From: Candidatus Poseidoniaceae archaeon
GTDB lineage: Archaea; Thermoplasmatota; Poseidoniia; Poseidoniales; Poseidoniaceae
Length of the DNA stretch: 32,000 nucleotides
Assembly (NCBI GenBank): GCA_943789275.1
Contig: CALSTM010000002.1
Location: 270,001 to 302,000 of the forward strand
Reading direction: 5' to 3'
Part shown: positions 9,126-16,149 of the stretch, piece after piece
How positions within the stretch are numbered: position 1 is the stretch's first letter
How the letters are laid out: each line of letters opens with the position of its first letter
Position numbers and translations under genes: made by a program
Notes under the pieces: model-generated
Seen by the model: only the letters and a program-made list of their open reading frames with translations
Databases searched by the model: none
Told to the model about the DNA's origin: nothing

Positions 9126-9593
9126 CTAATTCCGAATATGAACTCGATTTGCACGGTTGACCAAATCGGGAATCAGAGCGATGTCAATAAGCCACAACAA
9201 TCCACAACCACCGAACGTCAAGAAGTAGAAAACCCCCATTCCAATTTGGTTGAGATAAAACCTATGACCGCCCAATGGGCCGAGGAAAAACCACAACAAG
9301 TACGTGACCAGAACATCCTTCTGTGAAGGGTTTTGGAGATACCGTGAACCGTGTTGCTGGTAAAAGTTCGTGAAGGGGGTTTGTGGCGCAGCTTGTTGCT
9401 GCTGATACTGAGGTTGCTGATGATGGAGAGAAGGGTTTGGATTTGCAGCCCTAGGAGGGACTGTTGGCTGCTGTGGTGTCGCCGGTGGCTGCTGAGGCAT
9501 GTGGTAATGATTGTGAATGACATTGCCGGTATGCAAATCTCCAGAGACAACGCTGTCTTTGACATTTGGGCCAGACGCAGGTGTAGGGTCCAT
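9126..9593 (-). CDS. TM2-domain membrane protein with a Q/P-rich N-terminal region
   Basis: The C-terminal 'YLLWFFLGPLGGHRFYLNQIGMGVFYFLTFGGCGLLWLIDIALIPD' is a TM2 domain signature. The N-terminal ~85 aa are low complexity and rich in Pro and Gln. Confidence 0.75.
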   Translation of the reverse strand: MDPTPASGPNVKDSVVSGDLHTGNVIHNHYHMPQQPPATPQQPTVPPRAANPNPSLHHQQPQYQQQQAAPQTPFTNFYQQHGSRYLQNPSQKDVLVTYLLWFFLGPLGGHRFYLNQIGMGVFYFLTFGGCGLLWLIDIALIPDLVNRANRVHIRN

Positions 9594-9620
9594 GTCAATC
9601 AGTTGATGATAAAGTCAATT

Positions 9621-9630
9621 GATAAAAAAG
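9621..9630 (-). promoter_or_regulatory. TATA-like box / oligo-T tract (CTTTTTTATC on the minus strand)
   Basis: It is centred about 32 nt upstream of the TM2 gene ATG (9593), which fits a short-leader archaeal promoter. The same T6 run lies about 20 nt downstream of the tRNA-Ser 3' end and could act as its oligo-T terminator. Confidence 0.3.
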
Positions 9631-9648
9631 CCTTGGATTGGAGTCAGG

Positions 9649-9731
9649 CGCCGAGAGAGAGATTTGAACTCCCGCGTCACAAGGACAGTGGATTTCGAAT
9701 CCACCGCAATACCGGGCTATGCGATCTCGGC
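9649..9731 (-). tRNA. tRNA-Ser(CGA): tRNA-Ser (anticodon CGA), type II with a long variable arm
   Basis: Folded by hand from the minus strand. Acceptor GCCGAGA/TCTCGGC. D stem GCA/TGC. Anticodon stem GTGGA/TCCAC with loop TTCGAAA. 14-nt variable arm TGTCCTTGTGACGC. T arm GGGAG-TTCAAAT-CTCTC. Discriminator G. Total 83 nt, with only CC of the CCA encoded. Confidence 0.85.
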
Positions 9732-9764
9732 CGTGATGCTCGCTCTAGCGCCACCGTCATAAGC

Positions 9765-9986
9765 ATGATGTTACCTCATGGTCTCATGGAGATTCACCTG
9801 CATGGTCGTGACCATGACGTCAAACTCGTTGCTGATTCACAGAAGACGGTGCGTCAAGTGTTGGTAGAGGCGGGAATACTGCCGTCAACGGTTCTCGTCA
9901 GTTTTGAAGGCACTATACTCCCTCATGCAACTGTTCTCTCACAATCAGTGAAATTACTGGTTACAACTGTTTCTTCTGGTGGTTAA
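9765..9986 (+). CDS. Small ubiquitin-like beta-grasp protein (ThiS/MoaD/SAMP-like) ending in Gly-Gly
   Basis: These are the last 66-73 codons of track ORF 9351..9986: 'MEIHLHGRDHDVKLVADSQKTVRQVLVEAGILPSTVLVSFEGTILPHATVLSQSVKLLVTTVSSGG*'. The size, alternating pattern and terminal GG match ThiS/MoaD/SAMP proteins. In-frame ATGs lie at 9765, 9768 and 9786, and the family alignment favours 9786. The upstream part of the track ORF is antisense to the TM2 gene and the tRNA and is not believable. Confidence 0.6.
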   Translation: MMLPHGLMEIHLHGRDHDVKLVADSQKTVRQVLVEAGILPSTVLVSFEGTILPHATVLSQSVKLLVTTVSSGG

Positions 9987-11824
9987 TCCCTTTCAACCCG
10001 TTTCGTGATGTGAATTTTGGAGTTACGAGTGACATTCCCTCTCACTTCAACTGCCCAAGCATCGATTCCGATGTTGGCTACAACGACCGTATCTCCAACT
10101 CCAGCAAGATCGTACTGAGGCCCCCAATCGTTGGCCCATCCTTCAACTTTCATTGCCCCAGTTGCATCAAGAAGCATCAATCCCTTTCGATGCCACTCTT
10201 TCCCATTGCGTCCAACACCTCTCTTTTCGAACTTGTACACAAGTTTCCCCGTCACGTTCCAGCGCGCTCTAAATTCCATGAGGTCAGAGGCTTCCTCATC
10301 TGAAGAAGCATGAACCATACAGGCGTGCGGGTCGACTTTCAATTCGATTTCACCTTTCCAATTCACCGTTGGAATAACGTTGTCCAAACGTACCATGTCA
10401 CCTTTGGCAAGTTCCGTTGGCCATGATGAAGTTCCGTCCTCATGTGAATCGACCAAAAAGACAACTTTAGCAAACTTACTTCCTTGAGAGACGGTCACTT
10501 GAGGTCGACGAGCCTCTTTCATACCCATCACAGTGAAAACTTCTGCCACCAGAGTAATCCGAGGGTCAAGCACACCTATTTTCGCGAGGTCGATTGGAGA
10601 AGAAGTACCTGGCAACTGAATGTCACCGCCTTCGGGCAAGTCATCGTCACCTTTGCCACCTGGACAAACTTCAGCCCAATCACAACGGTCACAGCGCACT
10701 TCGTCGGGCGCCTCAGTAGGAATCCCGCCGGCTTTGAAACCACGAACCGGAGAAGGTGTTGGCGGGCATTCGTCGAGTGAAGGCGTAGTATGACGAAGTT
10801 GTTGCCAAAGTTCTTCCAACTCAGATTCCATCTTTGCCATCTCTTGAGTACTCGGACATTGAATCGTTTTGATAGCGTTGGCTCCGAGATACCAAATTTC
10901 CAAACCGTCGACTTCCTCCTTCTTTCCGTGCGTCACCCACCACAACATAGCATACATTCGTAATTGTTCAACATAGTTTCCAGACCGGTCACCACGCCCA
11001 ATGCTGGCTTTCAAGTCGACAATTGTAATTCGTCCATCCCATCGGTACACAAGGTCATATTCTCCTTGGAACCAATGTTCAGGATGAACAGCATTCATGG
11101 CAAATTTACCCGCATTTGGGTCAACAAACCAGGGACGAGAAATTTCCCAAGCCTCAATGAGTGATACTCCACCTTCCTGGGCCAATGGGTGATTATTCGA
11201 AAGAGAATATCTTCGGGCATCAGGAGCTGGCCATTCGGGGCGTTTCCCTTGTCGCCATTGTTTCAGCATTGGGCCGCCATTGGCGTCAAGACAACGCTGA
11301 ACTTCTTTGAGGTGCATATCCAACCCATTGATGCACATTTCAAGACAATAGTCCGGATTCACAGAATCCCAATCTCCAGCTTTACGCTCGTTCTTCTGCC
11401 ACTCTTCTTTCATGGATTTTAGAGCAGGTTGAAGGTGCGCTTTCAGCCGTTCTATAGCCCATGAGCGCAAATCTTCCATCGACGAAGGCAGCAGGTTGAC
11501 CGGTAAACTCAGCAAGCGTTCCGCAGGCCATGGATCAACACTGGTCCGACTCGGAACGCCTTTTTCATCGAGAGGTATTGCAGAAATGGTGTCAGGGGAA
11601 GCTTTAGCCACCAACAAAGCCGGAGACTCCATGAGCATCCGGCAGAATACCTCTTCAACAGCCCTACCAACGTACAGAACGGGAATCTGTGGCATTTTGA
11701 ACCGACGCACTTTCTCGTAGAACCATAACCGAGGGCATGAGCGATATGCGTTGACTTGGCTTGAGGAGAGACGGTTGTAAGGGCCGACGGAATCGTCTGA
11801 TGGCTGAGCGAGTCGAACGGGCAT
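9983..11824 (-). CDS. Cas4/RecB-family Fe-S PD-(D/E)XK nuclease fused to two C-terminal RPA-like OB folds (paralog A)
   Basis: 613-aa ORF. N-terminal 'SSQVNAYRSCPRLWFY' carries the first cluster Cys. Nuclease core 'GEYDLVYRWDGRITIVDLKAS' gives D...DxK. 'QLRMYAMLWW' is the QxxxY motif. 'CDRCDWAEVC' is exactly CX2CX5C. The OB-like modules read '...GSKFAKVVFLVDSHEDGTSSWPTELAKGDMVRLDNV...GEIELKV' and 'WNVTGKLVYKFEKRGVGRNGKEWHRKGLMLLDATGAMKVEGWAND...GDTVVVANIGIDAWAVEVRGNV'. Confidence 0.7.
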   Translation of the reverse strand: MPVRLAQPSDDSVGPYNRLSSSQVNAYRSCPRLWFYEKVRRFKMPQIPVLYVGRAVEEVFCRMLMESPALLVAKASPDTISAIPLDEKGVPSRTSVDPWPAERLLSLPVNLLPSSMEDLRSWAIERLKAHLQPALKSMKEEWQKNERKAGDWDSVNPDYCLEMCINGLDMHLKEVQRCLDANGGPMLKQWRQGKRPEWPAPDARRYSLSNNHPLAQEGGVSLIEAWEISRPWFVDPNAGKFAMNAVHPEHWFQGEYDLVYRWDGRITIVDLKASIGRGDRSGNYVEQLRMYAMLWWVTHGKKEEVDGLEIWYLGANAIKTIQCPSTQEMAKMESELEELWQQLRHTTPSLDECPPTPSPVRGFKAGGIPTEAPDEVRCDRCDWAEVCPGGKGDDDLPEGGDIQLPGTSSPIDLAKIGVLDPRITLVAEVFTVMGMKEARRPQVTVSQGSKFAKVVFLVDSHEDGTSSWPTELAKGDMVRLDNVIPTVNWKGEIELKVDPHACMVHASSDEEASDLMEFRARWNVTGKLVYKFEKRGVGRNGKEWHRKGLMLLDATGAMKVEGWANDWGPQYDLAGVGDTVVVANIGIDAWAVEVRGNVTRNSKIHITKRVERD

Positions 11825-11872
11825 AGGAGTGAGTGTTTTGTCGAATGTTCTTGAACCCTACTCTCAAAAATA

Positions 11873-13645
11873 TTAATCCTTGACTTGCAATCGAGTTTTC
11901 CTTGAATCGATTCTCAATTGTGGTAAGCCAGCCCTCCAGCCAATTTCAGCAGCCATTAGTTTCAACCGTTGACCGGGACGCAGCGACTCCATTTGCCCGG
12001 TAATACTCGAACCGAAAGATGCCACTTCAACGACAGAATGCCCGTCCCAAAGATGGACATTCATCATCGTCCAAGGCTTTGCATCCAGTCGGACACCTGA
12101 ACGTTTCCTCACGCTCAAAATGATTCCTTCAACATTTGCTCTGGTACGCAGCAATCCAATTCGAGTGGTACGCTCAGACAATTGCTTCGAGGTGTTAGAG
12201 AACTCTTTCTGTGCTTCTGCAAGCGGGAGAATACGAGTTCTTGAATCGACGTACAGTCGAGGAGAGCCCCTCCAAACTCCCGGCAAAGCATCGAGAATGA
12301 CGATGTCTCCGTTTGGTTCATCATGCAACAATGGATAGGCCCCTGGTTCACTTTCCTCTACGGTGATCTGTGCACCTCCTGCAACAAGCATAGCGCCCAG
12401 TACCGGTTCGCCGAAGTGGTTCGGCAATGGACCCCAAGCTCCAGTGAACTTTCCTTGAACACTGACACGTTCTGGAATCGAGGACAACAATTCACTTGGT
12501 GGAGTAAGCGTAATGTCTCGAACTGAAGTAATATTTGAAAGGAGTTCGTCACCGAACCATTTCCCTTCAATGCTCCGAGATAAACTGCACCAGTGGCATC
12601 CTGCAGAACTGCCGTCGCAAGCATCAGAAGGGAGAGCAGGGAGAGTTGCTGGCCCTGAACCCATGTTTTGCATTTGTGTATTGATTTCCAGAAACTCCTT
12701 GCTCATCATTGGATAATCGGCTTTTTCTGGAGCGTCGTACATCACTTTGTGAGGGCCGTTAAGATACCATCCTTCCATCCCATCGACGCATTGTCCATCA
12801 TGAGTTTCATGCCAAAGCCAAGCATAGAATCGAAGTTGATGTTGGAGTGATTCAGCAAACCGTGAACTTGGGTCGCCAGATTTGATGTCAATTAAGCGTA
12901 TTCGGCCGTCCCACCGCAGGACTAAATCCAATTCTCCAGCAGCCCAACTCTCTGGATGAAAAAGGCGTTGAGGTTGATGCACACGAGGGTCTTTCATCCA
13001 TGGGCGAGCAATATCCCAAGCTTCATTCCAAGTCACTGGTGAATCGGGATGCGACCATTGCATGGATTGTTCAGGGTCGGACCATGTACGCAGGGAATAA
13101 TTCCGAACCTTGTCTGGAACCGGGAAGCGAGGTTCGTCACCCCATGCAGGAGAAGGTACGCTATAGGGTTGATTTCCAGAACGGAAAGCCTCTAAATGAG
13201 GGCCACCGTTCATAGCGTAACAAGACTCTACCTCTGCGATGAACAACTCAAGCCCGCAGTGGAGGCGTGATTCAAACGATTCAATTTCGACATCATCCCA
13301 TGAGGTTTCAGGTGCGTACCATAGCCCTTCATCCCACAACTTCTTCCCTTCCAAAAGCGCTTCTTTCGCTGCATTAGGGATGTGAGAAGTAATCCATGAT
13401 TTCAGTTGCTCTAAGGATTCAATACGAACGTTTGGACGCCTCATCATGAGCCCACACAAGGCATCTTCCAATACGATTCCAATCACTTGTGAGGGCCGGA
13501 GTGGCCCTGAAATGCCTACTTTAGAACCAAGGAACCATTGGCGTTTGCATCGCAGGAAAGTAGTGAGGCCACTCGCTGAGATTCGAGAACGTGAACGCCC
13601 TAATGGTCCTCCGAGCGGTGGAATTCCAACAGGCATTTGCTTCAC
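11873..13645 (-). CDS. Cas4/RecB-family PD-(D/E)XK nuclease fused to two C-terminal OB-like folds (paralog B)
   Basis: 590-aa ORF collinear with paralog A. Motifs: 'SASGLTTFLRCKRQWF', 'NGGPHLEAF' (A has 'NGGPMLKQW'), 'GELDLVLRWDGRIRLIDIKSG', 'QLRFYAWLW' and a Cys triad 'CDGSSAGCHWC' (CX6CX2C, different spacing from A). Two OB-like modules follow ('VSVQGKFTG...GDIVILDALPGVWRGSPRLYV' and 'VEGIILSVRKRSGVRLDAKPWTMMNVHLWDGHSVVEVASFG...GQRLKLMAAEIGWRAGLPQLRI'). The start is 3 nt after the ABCE1 stop. Confidence 0.7.
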   Translation of the reverse strand: MKQMPVGIPPLGGPLGRSRSRISASGLTTFLRCKRQWFLGSKVGISGPLRPSQVIGIVLEDALCGLMMRRPNVRIESLEQLKSWITSHIPNAAKEALLEGKKLWDEGLWYAPETSWDDVEIESFESRLHCGLELFIAEVESCYAMNGGPHLEAFRSGNQPYSVPSPAWGDEPRFPVPDKVRNYSLRTWSDPEQSMQWSHPDSPVTWNEAWDIARPWMKDPRVHQPQRLFHPESWAAGELDLVLRWDGRIRLIDIKSGDPSSRFAESLQHQLRFYAWLWHETHDGQCVDGMEGWYLNGPHKVMYDAPEKADYPMMSKEFLEINTQMQNMGSGPATLPALPSDACDGSSAGCHWCSLSRSIEGKWFGDELLSNITSVRDITLTPPSELLSSIPERVSVQGKFTGAWGPLPNHFGEPVLGAMLVAGGAQITVEESEPGAYPLLHDEPNGDIVILDALPGVWRGSPRLYVDSRTRILPLAEAQKEFSNTSKQLSERTTRIGLLRTRANVEGIILSVRKRSGVRLDAKPWTMMNVHLWDGHSVVEVASFGSSITGQMESLRPGQRLKLMAAEIGWRAGLPQLRIDSRKTRLQVKD

Positions 13646-13648
13646 CCC

Positions 13649-15427
13649 TCAATGGTCGAACGAATAGTAATCGCCAATACCACGCTGTTCTCTGTCTTTC
13701 CGACTTTCCATTTTGTTGATACGCGGGCGTTTTGAATCGTGGTCACGGCGGAAGGTTACGTTAACACCCTCAAGGAAACGATTCATTCCCTCACGAAGCT
13801 TGAACGGACCTTCGGCTTTACCGTGAACGCCACCCTCACCTTCAAAGACAAGTAAAGAATCACTTACAATGTCAATGAAGTAGACATCGTGGTCAATTAC
13901 GAACGCCGATTTCTCGTTGGCTTCCATTGTTCTACGAATCGCTTTAGCAGCCTCCATTCGTGCGTTTGCATCCAGGTGAGCAGACGGTTCATCGAGCAAG
14001 TACAGGTCGGCTTCTCGACCGAGACAAATAGCAATCGAGACCGCTTGGCGTTCACCACCTGACAATTTTTTGACACGCTTCGGTAGTAGTTGGTCAACAC
14101 CTAATGCTCGAATAACGTTGACGTTGTACTCACCTACGCGCCATTTCGGACCAATTTCACTGTCGAGCCACAGTTGTACACTGCAGTCCATATCGACATC
14201 GATATGTTGAGGTTTGTACGAGATGGTCGCGTTTTCAGTCACCCATCCTTCATCGTAACCGTGTTCACCAGCCAGGACTTTGATCATGGTTGATTTACCA
14301 GTACCGTTCGGCCCGACGACACCAACAACTTCTGAGCGGTGAACTGCACCTTCTCCAGTTGTTAATTGGAAATCTCCCAGTTTTTTGGTTAGCCCTCCCC
14401 AAGAAACTACTTCGGAACCTATTTCGGAAACTCGGTCACTGTGGTTAAGGAATTTGATGGGTTTATCTCGAATTCGAACGTTTTGTTCTGGAAGGAAACC
14501 ATCGAGATAGGTGTTGATCGCTTGCCGCGTGGTTCTTGCTGGAGTGAAAATCCCGAAGGCCCCTTTCTTACCGTAGACAATGTGTACTAAATCTGCCAGA
14601 ACATCCAGTACTGCAAGGTCGTGTTCGATGACAATGACTCTCTTTGTTTCAGCAAGTTTCTGGATAATTCGAACAATTCGCATCCGCTCGTGAATGTCGA
14701 GATACGAAGAAGGTTCGTCGAAGAAATACACGTCGACGTCTCGTAAAAGGGTAGCACAAATTGCCATTCGTTGTAATTCACCACCGGACAGTTGCTGAAC
14801 TGTTCGTTCAAGAAGATGGTCGATTCCCAAATCACGTGTTAATTGTTCAAACATGTTTCGTTCATCAACACGAGAGAGTAAATCACGCACAGTACCCTTG
14901 ATTTTCTTAGGAAGGCGGTCAACATTTTGGGGCTTGAGGGCAACACGAACATCACCGTTTTTGACGGCAACGAAGAAGTCACGTAATTCACCTCGAGGAA
15001 GTGATTCAATGACGTCATCCCAGTCAGCATCCTTATTGAGCCAATCACCAAGGTTCGGAATCATTCGTCCTGAAAGAGCATTGATTGCTGTCGACTTGCC
15101 CATTCCGTTTGGCCCGAGTATACCGACTACACTTTCTTTTGAAGGGGTAGGAAGTCGGAACAACCGAAAACCATTCATCGAATATCGGTGAATCATATCC
15201 GTTTCCAACTCACTTGGGAGCTGCTCGATGATGAGGGCGTCGTGAGGGCATTTGTTGATGCAGATACCACACCCGATACAGAGGCTTTCAGAAATGTGAG
15301 GCTTTCCAGTTTTCTCATCGAGAATTATACATTCTTGACCGTTGCGAACCGGTGGACAAAAGGCGTGACACTCGTCGTTGCACTTCTTCGGTTGACAATT
15401 GTCTTCTTTGAGGACTGCGACTCTCAT
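13649..15427 (-). CDS. ABCE1: ABCE1 / RNase L inhibitor-type ribosome recycling ATPase
   Basis: 592-aa ORF. N-terminal double 4Fe-4S domain ('CQPKKCNDECHAFCP', 'CIGCGICINKCP'). Two ABC cassettes with Walker A 'GPNGMGKST' and 'GPNGTGKST' and signatures 'LSGGELQR' and 'LSGGERQ'. Confidence 0.95.
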   Translation of the reverse strand: MRVAVLKEDNCQPKKCNDECHAFCPPVRNGQECIILDEKTGKPHISESLCIGCGICINKCPHDALIIEQLPSELETDMIHRYSMNGFRLFRLPTPSKESVVGILGPNGMGKSTAINALSGRMIPNLGDWLNKDADWDDVIESLPRGELRDFFVAVKNGDVRVALKPQNVDRLPKKIKGTVRDLLSRVDERNMFEQLTRDLGIDHLLERTVQQLSGGELQRMAICATLLRDVDVYFFDEPSSYLDIHERMRIVRIIQKLAETKRVIVIEHDLAVLDVLADLVHIVYGKKGAFGIFTPARTTRQAINTYLDGFLPEQNVRIRDKPIKFLNHSDRVSEIGSEVVSWGGLTKKLGDFQLTTGEGAVHRSEVVGVVGPNGTGKSTMIKVLAGEHGYDEGWVTENATISYKPQHIDVDMDCSVQLWLDSEIGPKWRVGEYNVNVIRALGVDQLLPKRVKKLSGGERQAVSIAICLGREADLYLLDEPSAHLDANARMEAAKAIRRTMEANEKSAFVIDHDVYFIDIVSDSLLVFEGEGGVHGKAEGPFKLREGMNRFLEGVNVTFRRDHDSKRPRINKMESRKDREQRGIGDYYSFDH

Positions 15428-15431
15428 TCAT

Positions 15432-15439
15432 TCACCTCC
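15432..15439 (-). promoter_or_regulatory. Shine-Dalgarno GGAGGTGA upstream of ABCE1
   Basis: The minus strand reads GGAGGTGA-ATGA-ATG, a full-length anti-SD complement 4 nt before the ABCE1 start codon (15425-15427). Confidence 0.5.
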
Positions 15440-15497
15440 ATTTGCTGTAGTGTTCGCTTTTGGTTCGGACTTAAGGAACTCTCGCCCAATAAGCCTC

Positions 15498-15537
15498 AAC
15501 AAACGAGGTTTGTTCGACATTGGGCTTGGGCCCAATG
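15498..15537. other. Two adjacent short hairpins in the L10e-ABCE1 spacer
   Basis: AACAAAC-GAG-GTTTGTT (15498-15514) and CATTGGGC-TTGG-GCCCAATG (15518-15537). They start 5 nt beyond the L10e stop (15542). No oligo-T follows in the minus-strand direction. Confidence 0.3.
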
Positions 15538-15541
15538 GTTT

Positions 15542-16081
15542 TCAAACGAGTCCCTTGAGGTGCTCGTGTCCCTTGATCAGACGGACTGTGCAAGGTGTTG
15601 GGAATTTCATGCTCGCCTTGCGAAGTGCATCTCGAGCGGTAAGGTAGTTCTCAGGATTTACTTGCAGAGAAATGACACGTTGGCCTCGCTTTACACGGGC
15701 AGCGGTTCCGACGTTCTTTCCGAAAGCACATCGCATACCTTGTGAAACACGGTCTGCACCTGCTCCAGTTGCTTGCTTGTTTTCACGGAGAACATGGTGT
15801 GGGAAGGTGTGGACACGGAGAGCGTATCCTTGGGTTCCCGCAATCTTACGGATGGTCGAATTGGAAATAACACGGGCTGCTTCAAGGGCCGTGTGACGAA
15901 TCTGACAGTTGTTGTCAGCACGGAGTTCCATGACGACAGGGAACATTCCTGTCTCCGCAGCAACACGGTTTCCAGCATGGAATGACTGGATTCTGTTGTT
16001 TGGCACACCGCCGATGTACTTACGTCGGGTGTAGGCAGGACCTTTGAGGCGGCGATACATAGATGCTGGTTTACGTGCCAT
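15542..16081 (-). CDS. rpl10e: 50S ribosomal protein L10e (uL16)
   Basis: 'MARKPASMYRRLKGPAYTRRKYIGGVPNNRIQSFHAGN...' is a typical archaeal L10e N-terminus. I chose the ATG at 16079-16081. The track ORF carries a 49-codon non-homologous extension up to 16228. Confidence 0.9.
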   Translation of the reverse strand: MARKPASMYRRLKGPAYTRRKYIGGVPNNRIQSFHAGNRVAAETGMFPVVMELRADNNCQIRHTALEAARVISNSTIRKIAGTQGYALRVHTFPHHVLRENKQATGAGADRVSQGMRCAFGKNVGTAARVKRGQRVISLQVNPENYLTARDALRKASMKFPTPCTVRLIKGHEHLKGLV

Positions 16082-16116
16082 GATACTCTCTCCAAGCACT
16101 CCTGCGACCAATGTTC

Positions 16117-16126
16117 CCTTTATCAT
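16117..16126. promoter_or_regulatory. Possible shared (bidirectional) TATA-like box CCTTTATCAT
   Basis: It is centred about 27-28 nt upstream of the plus-strand ATG at 16150, which would give a leaderless mRNA. It is also about 40 nt upstream of the minus-strand rpl10e ATG, which would leave a short leader containing GGAGAG. Confidence 0.3.
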
Positions 16127-16149
16127 CTCTCCGCTTCGGCCGTTGCGGC

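Noticed and set aside
9594-9648. A possible C/D-box sRNA, suggested by TGATGA at 9604-9609 in the TM2/tRNA spacer.
   Set aside because: There is no downstream CTGA D box or terminal stem on the plus strand. On the minus strand the box order is wrong. The region is better explained as a promoter/oligo-T element.
9351-9764. The upstream two thirds of the 211-aa plus-strand ORF (9351..9986).
   Set aside because: It runs antisense to the well-supported TM2-domain gene and straight through the tRNA-Ser gene. Its Leu/Arg/Trp-rich sequence is a mirror of the Q/P-rich codons on the other strand. Only the last 66-73 codons (the Ubl) look genuine.
9765-11824. A functional link between the Gly-Gly Ubl gene and the adjacent Cas4-OB nuclease, such as a modifier and its target.
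   Set aside because: The genes are convergent and merely share a stop-codon overlap. Two unrelated convergent pairs in the window use the same GGTTAA junction, so the adjacency looks like compaction rather than an operon.
9983-13645. The nuclease pair as CRISPR-associated Cas4 adaptation proteins.
   Set aside because: The 32 kb window contains no repeat-spacer array, cas1, cas2 or any other cas gene. The proteins are about three times the size of Cas4 and carry OB-fold extensions. The call is kept at the level of the Cas4/RecB nuclease family only.
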